60,172 nucleotides of DNA from an uncultured Gammaproteobacteria bacterium. Lineage in GTDB: Bacteria; Pseudomonadota; Gammaproteobacteria; Steroidobacterales; Woeseiaceae. The position numbers were made by a program, and so were the translations under genes. A model generated the notes under the pieces. It worked only from the letters and a program-made list of their open reading frames with translations, did not search any database and was not told the DNA's origin. The DNA lies in contig CALKYK010000517.1 in the NCBI GenBank assembly GCA_938003715.1, positions 1-60,172 on the forward strand, written 5' to 3'. This document shows, one piece after another, positions 20,580 to 30,471 of the stretch; the first letter of the stretch is position 1, and the number at the start of each line of letters is the position of its first letter.

Positions 20580-21017
20580 GTGCTCGACGAGAACAAACCA
20601 CCCGGCGCCCCGACGACGTCCATACAGCCGGCGCCGGTCCGGACGACGACCGTGACAACGCGCACCAGTATTCCGGAGCACCTTGAAAAAGACGAGACCT
20701 CCGCAACGGGAACGGTCATCGCGACGGACATGGTTTTTACCGGCGATCTCAACTCGGGCGAAAAGGTCCGGATAGACGGCACGGTCGAAGGCTCGATCGG
20801 TCGCGATATCCAGAGCGTCGTCGTTGGCAAGCGCGGCGGGGTAAAAGCGACGATCTGCGCGGCCAACGTTACGATCGAAGGACGCGTCGACGGCGATATT
20901 CACGGTGACAAGCTGGTCGAACTTAAAAGCACCGCCGTCGTACTGGGCAACGTGTACTGTTCGTGCATCCAGATCGAATCGGGTGCGAACCTGAACGGCA
21001 CGGTCACGATGGTTTAG
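20580..21017 (+). CDS. Bactofilin-family cytoskeletal protein
   Basis: 145 aa. GTG start after AGAGGAGA. Beta-helical repeat pattern G.L.S...V.IDG.VEG.I......VVG..G.V.A.I.A..V.IEG.V.G.I. Confidence 0.85.
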   Translation: MLDENKPPGAPTTSIQPAPVRTTTVTTRTSIPEHLEKDETSATGTVIATDMVFTGDLNSGEKVRIDGTVEGSIGRDIQSVVVGKRGGVKATICAANVTIEGRVDGDIHGDKLVELKSTAVVLGNVYCSCIQIESGANLNGTVTMV

Positions 21018-21027
21018 GCGAACCCGC

Positions 21028-22005
21028 TCAGTCCGACAACGTCCCGAGATCAAATCGCGATTCGACCGGTTTCGAATCCGGCCAGTTCGTGCGCCACACC
21101 TCCCTGGAGACGTCACCCACGTGAACCGGCGCACGCGTGAATCCCGGGCGGGGATCGCGCAGCGGTTCGACGACGGTGTCATAGCGGGGTACGACGAAGT
21201 ACGGAAAACTGTATCGCTCCGCGCCGGTCTTGTTGATGACCTTGTGCGGCGTCGATACGAAATAGCCCCCGGACCACAGTTCGAGCAGGTCACCGGTATT
21301 GACAACCAGTGCATCCGGTGGCGCCTGCACGGCAAGCCACTGGCCGGTCGTATGCGGTTTCAGCATCAGGCCGCCGACGTAGTCCGGCGCCAGTATCGTC
21401 AATACGTCGGTGTCCTTGTGCGGATGGATGCCGAAACCCTTGTCGTTGACACTCTGCGGCGGGTAGTGCAGCAGCGTCATGTTCGTCAGCGGCTTGTCGA
21501 AGTGAGCCAGAAACCAGGCCGGTTCCACGTCGAGAATCACGGCCATGGCCTCGAGCAGGGCGGTGGCTACCGCGTCACACGCTTGCCAGTACGCGAGCGT
21601 AGCCGGCCGCAGGTCTGCTGGCGAAGGTGGCCAGCGGTTCGGCCCGTACAGGTCGCATTCGTCCCGTATCGGGTCGTCGATATCGACCTCGAGGTGCAGC
21701 TTGTAGCCCTCGTAATTGTCGGCGCCGCCGCCACCCGTGTTCGGGCTGAAGAAACCGGTCGGAATATAGCCGCGATAGTTGTCGCGCGTAATCGAATCGC
21801 GAAGTTTCTGCTGGCGCGGCCGGCTGAAGTAGGCAACCACTGCGTTGCGCATGTTCGCGATCGTCTGCGCATCGATGCCGTGCCCGGTGACGTACATGAA
21901 GCCGACGTCGCGGCAGGCCGCTTCGATGCCGCCGACCGCCTTCGTACTGCGGTGTGCACTGCCCGCACGCAGTTCGCTGATGTCGACCAGGGGCAGATCC
22001 TGCAT
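21028..22005 (-). CDS. 2OG-Fe(II) oxygenase (isopenicillin N synthase-like family)
   Basis: 325 aa. N-terminal LPLVDIS...GFMYVTGHGI (DIOX_N) and the HPHKDTD...STPHKV facial triad. Confidence 0.85.
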   Translation of the reverse strand: MQDLPLVDISELRAGSAHRSTKAVGGIEAACRDVGFMYVTGHGIDAQTIANMRNAVVAYFSRPRQQKLRDSITRDNYRGYIPTGFFSPNTGGGGADNYEGYKLHLEVDIDDPIRDECDLYGPNRWPPSPADLRPATLAYWQACDAVATALLEAMAVILDVEPAWFLAHFDKPLTNMTLLHYPPQSVNDKGFGIHPHKDTDVLTILAPDYVGGLMLKPHTTGQWLAVQAPPDALVVNTGDLLELWSGGYFVSTPHKVINKTGAERYSFPYFVVPRYDTVVEPLRDPRPGFTRAPVHVGDVSREVWRTNWPDSKPVESRFDLGTLSD

Positions 22006-22018
22006 TTGCTGTGCGCGG

Positions 22019-24112
22019 CTAGTCCGGGTCCAGGGTCAGGTGTGCCTGGCGAATGACATAGGCCTGTATCGCCTCCGCGTCCGCCGCCGACATGACGGTG
22101 TCGAACTTCGGCATGCCCCTGCCGAGGTAGGCGCCGTCGATGACGATCGCGTTCCACGTCTCGTGAGTCTCCGGACCTGCAAACCGGAGATCCGGAAACG
22201 AACCGTTACCGATCGTATCGTAGCCGTGACACCAGCTGCAGCGATCGAAATAGAGTACACGGCCGTGCTCCAGGATTTCGGCCGAAGCGGTGGTATCGGC
22301 AATGTCGGGGAACGGGTGGTCGGTGATCGTCGCGTCGGGCAATTCTGCGTCGCTGCCGAGCTTGTAGGTCAGTACGCGACCGACGGCATCGAGAAACGGG
22401 TTTGGCCCCGGATCGCCGGCGAACGAGCCGAGGCTGCCACCCCAGCCGCCGACGACCGTGACGTACTGTTCGCCGCCGACCGCGTAGGTAACGGGTGCCG
22501 CCTGGATCCCGGTTCCCGCATGCGCAGACCAGAGCTTTGCACCGTCATCGGCGCGATAGGCGGCGAACTCGCCCAGCGCGTCGCCCTGGAATACGAGGTT
22601 GCCGGCCGTCGACAACAGTCCCGCGTTCCAGCCGTCGCCGCCTTCGATGCGAAATGCTTCGGCCTTGCGCACCGGGTCCCAGGCGGAGACGCGCGCCGAG
22701 ACGTACGGGTGCGTCGCCACCTCCTCCGCCGGGACGTCGGCCACTGTCTTCCAGTCGATCGCGGTATTCAGGTGGCCATCGACGAAACGGAACTCCGCGG
22801 GCGTCGCGTACGGTTCGGACGTACCGATGACGGGAATGTAGACGAATCCGGTCCGCGGGCTGTAGCTCATCGGGTGCCAGTTGTGCCCGCCCCACGCACC
22901 GGGAAAGATGACCTGCATCGCGGCCTCGTAGCGCGCACCGGGTACTTCCACCGGCCGCCCCGTCCGCACGTCGACGTGCGTCGCCCAGTTGAGTGCCACG
23001 TAGGGCGCCGCGGAGATCAGCGTGCCGTCACGGCGGTCGATGACGTAGAAGAATCCATTCTTCGGCGCCTGCATCAGCACTTTGCGCGGCTCGCCGCCGA
23101 TTTCGAGGTCGGCGAGAATCATGTGCTGGGTCGCCGTGTAGTCCCACGTCTCGCCGGGCGTTGTCTGATAGTGCCAGCGATAGGCGCCGTCGTCGGGGTC
23201 GAGTGCGAGGATCGACGCGAGGAACAGGTTATCGCCGCCGCCAGGACTGCGGACTTCGCGGTTCCAGGGAGAGCCGTTGCCGACGCCGACGTACAAAAGG
23301 TCGAGCTCCGGGTCGTAGGCAAACGAATCCCATGCCGTTCCGCCGCCCCCGTATGTCCACCACTCGCCGGTCCACGTTTCGGCCGCCATGCGCATTGCGT
23401 CCGACTCGAATCCGTCGGCCGGATTGCCGGGCACGGTCCAGGTGCGCCAGATCTTCTCCCCGGTTTCGGCGTCGTAGGCCGTCACGTATCCGCGCACACC
23501 GTATTCGGCGCCGCCGTTGCCAATGATGACCTTGCCTTTGACGACTCGCGGTGCGCCGGTGATCGTGTACGGCGGTGTGCGATCTATCGTGTCGGCTTTC
23601 CATTCGACGGAGCCGGTCTCGCGATCGAGTGCGACCAGGTAGCCGTCGAAGGTCGCGACGTAAATCTTGTCGCCCCAGGCAGCGACGCCCCGATTCGGCA
23701 CGTCGCAGCACGCATACGCACCCCAGGCGCGCGGCGTCTGCGGATCGTACTGCCACAGCAATTCGCCGGTGACCGCATCGAGCGCGTAAACGACCGCCCA
23801 GGCGGCGGTGACGTAGATGACTCCGTCGATGACGAGCGGCGTCGCTTCCATCGATCGATTGGTTTCGATATCGAAGTACCAGGCGAGACCGAGGTCGGCG
23901 ACGTTGCCGTCGTTGATTGCCGCGAGCGGACTGAAGCGCTGCTCGTCGTAGGTCCGGCCATGCGACAGCCAGTTGTGCGGTTCCGTTTCGGCGTTTACGA
24001 GACGCTGGTCTGTTACGAGCGCACCGGCAGCGGATTCCGGCACATCGCGACTGCAGCCGGCGACCGCGAGCAACAGTATGAGGGTGTAAAACAGGGACGA
24101 CGAACAGCGCAT
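22019..24112 (-). CDS. PQQ-dependent quinohemoprotein alcohol dehydrogenase lipoprotein (type II, C-terminal cytochrome c domain)
   Basis: 697 aa. Lipobox LAVAGC. PQQ-propeller W-motifs (NWLSHGRTYDEQRFSPL). C-terminal haem site CSWCHG. Confidence 0.9.
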   Translation of the reverse strand: MRCSSSLFYTLILLLAVAGCSRDVPESAAGALVTDQRLVNAETEPHNWLSHGRTYDEQRFSPLAAINDGNVADLGLAWYFDIETNRSMEATPLVIDGVIYVTAAWAVVYALDAVTGELLWQYDPQTPRAWGAYACCDVPNRGVAAWGDKIYVATFDGYLVALDRETGSVEWKADTIDRTPPYTITGAPRVVKGKVIIGNGGAEYGVRGYVTAYDAETGEKIWRTWTVPGNPADGFESDAMRMAAETWTGEWWTYGGGGTAWDSFAYDPELDLLYVGVGNGSPWNREVRSPGGGDNLFLASILALDPDDGAYRWHYQTTPGETWDYTATQHMILADLEIGGEPRKVLMQAPKNGFFYVIDRRDGTLISAAPYVALNWATHVDVRTGRPVEVPGARYEAAMQVIFPGAWGGHNWHPMSYSPRTGFVYIPVIGTSEPYATPAEFRFVDGHLNTAIDWKTVADVPAEEVATHPYVSARVSAWDPVRKAEAFRIEGGDGWNAGLLSTAGNLVFQGDALGEFAAYRADDGAKLWSAHAGTGIQAAPVTYAVGGEQYVTVVGGWGGSLGSFAGDPGPNPFLDAVGRVLTYKLGSDAELPDATITDHPFPDIADTTASAEILEHGRVLYFDRCSWCHGYDTIGNGSFPDLRFAGPETHETWNAIVIDGAYLGRGMPKFDTVMSAADAEAIQAYVIRQAHLTLDPD

Positions 24113-24127
24113 GACGGATACCTCCGA

Positions 24128-24454
24128 TCAAGCCGCCGACTTGGAGAATACATTGATGATGAGGACGCCGGCGACGATCAGTGTAATGCCGGCAACGGCT
24201 GCAAAGTCGAGGCGCTGATCGAAGAGCACGAGGCCGGCCAGCGTAATCAGTGCGACGCCGGCGCCCGACCAGATCGCATAGGCGACGCCGACCGGTATCG
24301 TCTTCAATACGAACGACAGCGCGAAGAACGCCGTCGCGTAACCGACAATGACGATGACGCTCGGCCAGAGCTGCGTGAATTGCTCCGATGCTTTCAGGGC
24401 GCTCGTGGCGATGACTTCGGCAAGGATCGATATCGACAGGTAGAGGTAGCCCAT
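24128..24454 (-). CDS. emrE: SMR-family multidrug efflux protein (EmrE-like)
   Basis: Internal ATG at 24454 of ORF 24128-24574. 108 aa, colinear with EmrE, including AEV (Glu14 equivalent) and AYAIWSG. Confidence 0.85.
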   Translation of the reverse strand: MGYLYLSISILAEVIATSALKASEQFTQLWPSVIVIVGYATAFFALSFVLKTIPVGVAYAIWSGAGVALITLAGLVLFDQRLDFAAVAGITLIVAGVLIINVFSKSAA

Positions 24455-24476
24455 GATGAGTGCCTGCGTTCGGTAG

Positions 24477-25868
24477 TTAATGCTGCTCCGCTTGTGCCGG
24501 ATCGAGACCGAGATGCCGCGCGGCGATGGTGAAGACGTCCGCCTGGCGCATGTATTCCGGAAACGCGTCCACACCCGGCCCGCTCGCGTACACCGGCACC
24601 TGCACGCCGGAATGCTCTTCCCAGTCGGGCGAGTCGTTCGTTGCGTAGTTGATGCCCATGACGCCGCCCTCTGGTGTCACGAGGCGGATGAAGCGGCCCG
24701 GGCTCGCGTACTCCTGCGGTGCGAGCTCGCTGGTTTCCGGGACGATATGCGCTGCATGTCCGTGGTCGGCGGTGACGATCACCAGCGTTTCGGGATGTTC
24801 CTGCTGGTACGCAAGCGCGACGGCCAGGGCCTCGTCGAGCTGGCCGGTTTCACCAATGTGTCCGCACGCTTTCCAGTAGTGCGCCTGGTCATCTATGGAC
24901 GCGGACTCGACCATCAGCACGAAACCGCCGTCGTCATCGTGAAAACGAAGCGCCGCATCGGTCATTTCCGCGAGCGTGGGCATGCCCGCGAACCCGGGTT
25001 CGTCCTCGCAGGTGACGGGCGCCGGCCAGCGCACCTTGCCGTCCGTCTTCTGCACCTATTCGGCGACGGCCCCGTTCGTTCCGCGCAGGCGCACCGGCAT
25101 GATGCGCGGAGAGAACAGTCCCATCACGCGCGCGTGTGTATCGACGCTTGCCAATTCGCTCTTGTCGGTGAGTATCGTGAAGCCGCGCTCGCGCGCAGTG
25201 TCGAGCAGCGTTCGTTCATCGTCGGCCTCGACCTTTTGCGCGAAGTCCTCGTAGCCGCCGCCGAGCACGATGTCGACTTGTGATGCGACGATCTGCTCGG
25301 CCGTCGAGCCGCGACCGCCGACGGCGACGAAGTCCTTGGAACAATCGGTAGAGTATTGCGGGTGCGTCTCGTCCTCCTCGACCATGTTGCGCGGGCTCTG
25401 GCAGTAGCGCTGGTCGATGTGCGCGACGAACGCCGCGGGCGTCGCATCGGTGACCCGGGTCGTCGAGACGATGCCGGTCTGCAGGCCGGCTGCGCTCGCC
25501 AGTTCCATGATCGTGACCAGGTTCTCGTCCGTATTGGCAGCGGTGCTGACGCGGCCGATACTCGTGACGACACCGGTGGCGAGAGTTGTGGCGCCGCTTG
25601 CCGAATCCCCGACGTAAACCGGCACGGATGGATCGTGTTCCGCAACGGTCTGCACCTGCGCGACACCGCGGTACGGCATGCCGTCCATCACCAGCTGCCC
25701 GTCGCTGCCGACGAGGTAGTTCCTGGCCATCGTGATCTGCTGGTCGTCCATGCCGTCGCCGATGATCAGGATCAGCTTCCGCGCGGCGCCATCGGCCGGG
25801 GTTCGGTCGGGCGGCGAACCGCAGGCCGCGATGCAAAGAATTGCGAGCAACGCCGCAACAGCTCTCAC
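24477..25868 (-). pseudogene. PhoA-family alkaline phosphatase lipoprotein interrupted by one in-frame TAG
   Basis: ORFs 25056-25868 and 24477-25055 are contiguous in the same frame and are separated only by TAG (plus-strand CTA at 25056-25058). Together they are colinear with PhoA: DSASGATT active site upstream, TADHGHA downstream. Lipobox IAAC. The GTG start overlaps the upstream stop. Confidence 0.8.
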
Positions 25869-27331
25869 GGCAGGCAGTCCACGCGGTCGTAGCTCAACCG
25901 GCTCATCTCGTCCGTCTGCGGGCGCCGGTACCCGTACAGCACCTCGGTTCGCGCCTCGATACTCGCGAGAAGCGCATTGCCGAGGCGCAGCCCGTCGAGC
26001 CCGCGGCGCGTGCTGTAGTCCGTGAGGTATGCCGCGGCGAGATCTTCCTTGCCGGCCTCGAACAGCGCCTCTGCCGTATCCGCCACGGATGCCTGCTCGG
26101 CGATCAGCCGGTCCTCGAACGCGGTCAGCGCTTCGGTGACTTCGGGCAGGAATTTCTCCGGGTGGTCACAGGTGAAGTACATCAGGCGCTTGAACGTGCG
26201 GCCGGCAAACTCGGTCGCTTCCTGGATCTGCCAGTCCTCGGTGACGAAGCGCGTCGCCTCGCCTTTCGTCAGGTAGCGGTGCTTGCCGAACTGCGGCGCG
26301 ATCGTCTGAACGCCGATGCGATAGGGAATGAACGGCGAAGTGACGGATCCCGTCGGCGCGACCCACAGGAGGTTCATTTCCGGCCGGCCGCGATCCCTGA
26401 GTTCCGCCACCTGGCCGTAACCGGTGGAGTCTTTCGAGATGCGCGGATCGCGCACGGCGTTCAACATGTCGCGCAAACCGATCGGCGCTGCCGCGCGCAG
26501 TTCGGCTTCCATCGCGCTTCTCGGGTATCGTTCCTCGTCGACGCCGTAGATTCGTGTGACGTTGAACGGCTCGCCGGCGTCCGGATCGAACCAGCCCTGC
26601 TCCACGGCGAAGCTGATGAAGTTCGCCGAACCCATGTAGTCGTCGCGTTCGTGAAAGTCCAGCGGGATCTCGTGGATGTAGCCGGGGTAGGACATGCGCA
26701 CGTCGTCGGGACCGAGCCGCTCGGCGATCCAGAGCCCCTTGCCGCCGGCAAAGTTCAGAAGCACCCAGCCTTCGTTCTCGTCGGCGAACATGTGCGAGTT
26801 GCCGCCGTAGGTCGAGTAGCCGAATTCGTCGATAAGCTGGCCGACGATTTCCGCCGCCTCCCGCGCGCTGCGCGCACGCTCCATGACGATGCGCGACAGG
26901 TCGCTGTACTGCGGGCCGGTCTGCGGATTCGGCGTCATTTCGATGAGTTCCGGGCGCGACGGCGACCATACGTCGCGCGCCGCAACGTTGTGCTCGTTCA
27001 ATCCACCGTTCGTCAGCGGCGGCGGCAAGCCCCGGTACTCGGAATAGTTCATTGTCAGGTAGCGATACGTGTGCCGCACCTGCGGAATTTCGGTGAGGTA
27101 CCCGGGCATGAACGCTTCTTCGGTGACGCCGACCTTGATAGTCGCCCCGGCCGGATGATCTTTGGCCGGGACGATTTCCAGCCAGTGACTCGACACTTCG
27201 TCGCCCGAACCGCCGATCAGCACGCTGCCGTTCGCGGTCAGGTTCTTGCCGACGTAGATCGCGTAGCTGGCCATGGCACTGCCCGCTGCGAGCAGCGCGG
27301 CCAGCAGGAAAAGGCTTCGGATGAGTCGCAT
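25865..27331 (-). CDS. Secreted peptidase C69 (dipeptidase)-family homolog, Ser at the nucleophile position
   Basis: ATG at 27331 within ORF 25865-27490. Signal peptide ...AAGSAMA. Mature SYAIYVGKNLTANGS aligns with C69 CT(T/S)ILVGK..S.DGS. GLNEHNVAA and SAREAAEIVGQLIDEFGY...FADENEGWVL match the family. Confidence 0.7.
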   Translation of the reverse strand: MRLIRSLFLLAALLAAGSAMASYAIYVGKNLTANGSVLIGGSGDEVSSHWLEIVPAKDHPAGATIKVGVTEEAFMPGYLTEIPQVRHTYRYLTMNYSEYRGLPPPLTNGGLNEHNVAARDVWSPSRPELIEMTPNPQTGPQYSDLSRIVMERARSAREAAEIVGQLIDEFGYSTYGGNSHMFADENEGWVLLNFAGGKGLWIAERLGPDDVRMSYPGYIHEIPLDFHERDDYMGSANFISFAVEQGWFDPDAGEPFNVTRIYGVDEERYPRSAMEAELRAAAPIGLRDMLNAVRDPRISKDSTGYGQVAELRDRGRPEMNLLWVAPTGSVTSPFIPYRIGVQTIAPQFGKHRYLTKGEATRFVTEDWQIQEATEFAGRTFKRLMYFTCDHPEKFLPEVTEALTAFEDRLIAEQASVADTAEALFEAGKEDLAAAYLTDYSTRRGLDGLRLGNALLASIEARTEVLYGYRRPQTDEMSRLSYDRVDCLP

Positions 27332-27519
27332 GCGGTGTCTCGCCGATTCGTTTCGGAGCTCGTTTTTGTCTGTCGTTGCAGCGCCGGCGCGTAGCGGGCA
27401 CAGCATAGCACCGACCGGAACGAGCATGGCATCGCGCTTCGGCAAAAGACATATAATGAAACGACCTGCGCGGCGCCGGACAACAGCCACGAACCGAAGG
27501 GCGCGCTGTCAATGACGAC

Positions 27520-29319
27520 ATGTTACTGAGAACGGCAAAAATTGCGGTTGCGGCCGCACTGGTCCTGTTGCTGCTGCCCGGTACGGCAGCCGCGGACCGC
27601 GCGCAGTTAAAGCGCGAGCGGCTGTACAGCGCAGCCCCTGCGCTGCCGGTCGCAAACAGGCACTTCCTGCCGGAGGGCGAATCCGCGCCCGCGCTGCATC
27701 GTTTTTCCGGCGTGCTGCTCATACCGGAACACGCAATGCAGAGCGAACCGCCATCGATCCGCCCTGCCGAAGTCAACGGCAAGCGTACGCAGCTTTTTCC
27801 TGCCGTCGAACTGCGTTTCGAATCGCATGACGGCCATCTCGTCCCCGCCGATCGCGGCATTCTCCGCGGCACCGGCGACAGCTACTGGCAAATCCAGGTC
27901 GAGCCCGGGCGAGTGTGGTCGGAAACCGGCGACGGAGGCCTGTCGCGGGCGTCGTTCCCGTTCCTCCTCACCAACGAGTTCGAAAACGAGACCTACAACG
28001 GCGTCGCCACGTTCCTGTACGACGACGAAACCGTATCGCAGCTCCGCTACCAGGTTGTGCAGCAGCTGGCGCCGTTTGTTGTGCAGACGCGATACGTTGC
28101 GGCGGCGCAGGTTGCGGTGGAGTACGAACGCGCGGCCGTCGTTGACCGGGAACTGATCGAAGCTTTCACACGCGAGCTCGAGGACCGCCTCGTGTGGCGG
28201 GACTGGTCGGAGTTGCAGCGCGGGTTCGGCGTCGACTTGCTTGCAGATTTCGATTCGGGCATCGAGCCGCAGCTTGTCGCCGCCAGCGGCCTCGTCATCG
28301 ACGGCGAGGTATACGTGCGATCCATGAATACCCCGTACGGGGCATTCCCGTACCCGCGCCAGATGCGCCACGGCGTCTGGTCCGTAACCAAGACCGCGGC
28401 GGGACTGGTTACGCTGCTGCGCATGGCGCAGAAGTACGGCGACGAGATTCTGGACTACCGGATTCGCGACTACGTGGACGTTTCGGCGGATCACGACGGG
28501 TGGCGGGACGTGACGTTCCGGCATGCAATGAGCATGGCGACCGGCATCGGCACCGGCACGCTGAACGTCGAGCCGAACATCATCGGCGTCGGCGATGCGA
28601 GCAACCCGGCCAACAACGCCGGCTTCGACGACTACATGCGCTGGTACTTTGCGCCGACGGCGGCTGAAAAACTGGCTCACGTCTTCGAGGTGCCGAGTTA
28701 TCCCTGGGGCCCGGGCGTTCACGCCCGTTACCGCGACCGCGACATTTTCACGCTGTCGGCCGCACTCGCCGCACTGTACCGGCAGCGGGAAGGGTCGGAC
28801 GCGAGCATTTGGCAGATGATGATGGACGAGGTATACCGGCCGATCGGCATCCATCATTTACCGAAGCTGCACACGCAGGAAGCCGACGGCGGCGGCATCC
28901 CGCTGCTTGCCTGGGGTCTGTACGTCACGATCGACGACATCGCGAAGATCGCGATGCTGTTGCAGAACGGTGGCGCCCACGACGACGTGCAATTGCTCAG
29001 CCGCGCCGGCGTGGCGGAGGCGATGTACGAGAACGGCGTCGTCGGCCTGCCGACCGGCGAGTCGAACGAATTCGGGCCCAAGAGCTACCACCTGTCGCTG
29101 TGGCACGAGAACTATCGCACCGAGGCAGGCAATGTTTATACGGCGCCACGCATGTCGGGCTACGGCGGCAACATCGTGCAGATGATGCCGAACGGAATGA
29201 TCGGTTTTCGCTTCGGCACCGGCGGCGACCGGCCGCTGGAGCAGATGACTGTCGTCGCGGACAAAATGCGCCCGTTCGACGACTTCGGGAAAACGCAGCG
29301 CCGACTAACAGCCAGGTAA
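27520..29319 (+). CDS. Secreted serine hydrolase, beta-lactamase/transpeptidase fold, with an N-terminal domain of unknown function
   Basis: 599 aa. Signal peptide. S-x-x-K motif WSVTKTAAG at about residue 290. Confidence 0.75.
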   Translation: MLLRTAKIAVAAALVLLLLPGTAAADRAQLKRERLYSAAPALPVANRHFLPEGESAPALHRFSGVLLIPEHAMQSEPPSIRPAEVNGKRTQLFPAVELRFESHDGHLVPADRGILRGTGDSYWQIQVEPGRVWSETGDGGLSRASFPFLLTNEFENETYNGVATFLYDDETVSQLRYQVVQQLAPFVVQTRYVAAAQVAVEYERAAVVDRELIEAFTRELEDRLVWRDWSELQRGFGVDLLADFDSGIEPQLVAASGLVIDGEVYVRSMNTPYGAFPYPRQMRHGVWSVTKTAAGLVTLLRMAQKYGDEILDYRIRDYVDVSADHDGWRDVTFRHAMSMATGIGTGTLNVEPNIIGVGDASNPANNAGFDDYMRWYFAPTAAEKLAHVFEVPSYPWGPGVHARYRDRDIFTLSAALAALYRQREGSDASIWQMMMDEVYRPIGIHHLPKLHTQEADGGGIPLLAWGLYVTIDDIAKIAMLLQNGGAHDDVQLLSRAGVAEAMYENGVVGLPTGESNEFGPKSYHLSLWHENYRTEAGNVYTAPRMSGYGGNIVQMMPNGMIGFRFGTGGDRPLEQMTVVADKMRPFDDFGKTQRRLTAR

Positions 29320-29344
29320 TCTATTTCGACTTCGAGGGACGCCA

Positions 29345-29665
29345 ATGCAACTATCGACCACGCCCAGCCTGGAAGGCATGAAAATCAATCGCTACTACGG
29401 CGTCGTCACCGGCGAAGCAATCCTCGGCGCGAACATCTTTCGCGATTTTTTTGCCAGCATCCGCGACATCGTCGGCGGGCGGTCCGCCGCATACGAGAAA
29501 GAACTGGCGAAGGCGAGGGAAATAGCATTCGAAGAGATGTCGCAGAAAGCCTCGGAAATGGGAGCCAATGCGATCGTCGGCATCGACATCGATTACGAGA
29601 CGGTCGGCGCCGACGGCGGCATGCTGATGGTCAGCGTCAGCGGTACGGCCGTGTCCGCGAGCTGA
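29345..29665 (+). CDS. ybjQ: YbjQ/UPF0145 family protein
   Basis: 106 aa. [40 protein letters not shown]...A...[13 protein letters not shown]. Confidence 0.85.
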   Translation: MQLSTTPSLEGMKINRYYGVVTGEAILGANIFRDFFASIRDIVGGRSAAYEKELAKAREIAFEEMSQKASEMGANAIVGIDIDYETVGADGGMLMVSVSGTAVSAS

Positions 29666-29672
29666 CGGAGAT

Positions 29673-30446
29673 TCAGCCCGGTCGACGCGCGCGGCAGTAT
29701 CCTTGCCGCATTTCGCCCTTTTCACACACCACGACCATCGCCCGCCAGTTCTCGACGAAGTAGTCGGCGTCCTTCTGCCCGAGCGCCTCGACCATGCGCG
29801 GATACATTTCGCCCCTCATCAGTTCGTACTCGCGGCGCACCTCGGCGCGGTACCAGTCGGACGCATCCACGACCTGTACTTCAGTGAAGCCGCAGCTCTC
29901 GAAATGCTGCCGGTACTCATCGAGTGTCTGCAGGGCATAGGTGAGCCCTTCCATCTTGAACCAGTAGTGCATGTCGTCGGAAAGCTCGGCATCCGACTTC
30001 GTCCAGTCGTAGCAGGAAAGCCAGCCGCCCGGCACGAGTACGCGGTAACACTCGTTGAATACTGCGGCCTTGTCCTCGACCTGGGTGACGGCGCCGGAGG
30101 TCAGCACGAAATCGAAGGACTCGTCGGGAAAGTCGAGCGGACCGGCCTCGACCGTGAGGAACCGGCAGCGGTCAGACAGGCCCTTTTTCGCCGCGGCGGC
30201 ATTGGCGCGCTCGACCAGCGGCGTCTCGAGGTCGATGCCGGTGACTTCGAGGCCCCAGTTCGTTGCCATCTCGAATGCCGGGCCGCCGATGCCGCAGCCG
30301 ATATCGAGCGCTTTCTTGCCGTGCGTATCGAATCCCTCGAGCATTTTCGCCACATTGCCGGGCCCGCCGGGCGCCATGTAGCCCTCGCCCCAGATCAGCT
30401 CGAGCATCGTGATCAGCGCATCGTGGTACTCGTTGTCGTGACTCAT
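29673..30446 (-). CDS. SAM-dependent methyltransferase, phosphoethanolamine N-methyltransferase (PMT/PEAMT)-like
   Basis: ATG at 30446 within ORF 29673-30560. 257 aa. WGEGYMAPGG...ALDIGCGIGGPAFEMA...VTGIDL, plus a C-terminal tail colinear with the plant PEAMT second domain and Plasmodium PMT as I recall them. Confidence 0.75.
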   Translation of the reverse strand: MSHDNEYHDALITMLELIWGEGYMAPGGPGNVAKMLEGFDTHGKKALDIGCGIGGPAFEMATNWGLEVTGIDLETPLVERANAAAAKKGLSDRCRFLTVEAGPLDFPDESFDFVLTSGAVTQVEDKAAVFNECYRVLVPGGWLSCYDWTKSDAELSDDMHYWFKMEGLTYALQTLDEYRQHFESCGFTEVQVVDASDWYRAEVRREYELMRGEMYPRMVEALGQKDADYFVENWRAMVVVCEKGEMRQGYCRARRPG

Positions 30447-30471
30447 TGGCGCGGTGATTCGGAGCGTCCGG

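Noticed and set aside
21845-24532. 895-aa plus-strand ORF
   Set aside because: It is antisense to the PQQ-ADH, 2OG-oxygenase and SMR genes. It is Arg/Val/Ala/Gly-rich with no motifs, so it is a high-GC shadow ORF. The same reasoning applies to 8066-9997(-), 25841-27394(+), 26166-27872(-), 27607-28857(-), 41128-43179(-), 53554-55056(+), 55730-57508(+) and 58866-60011(-).
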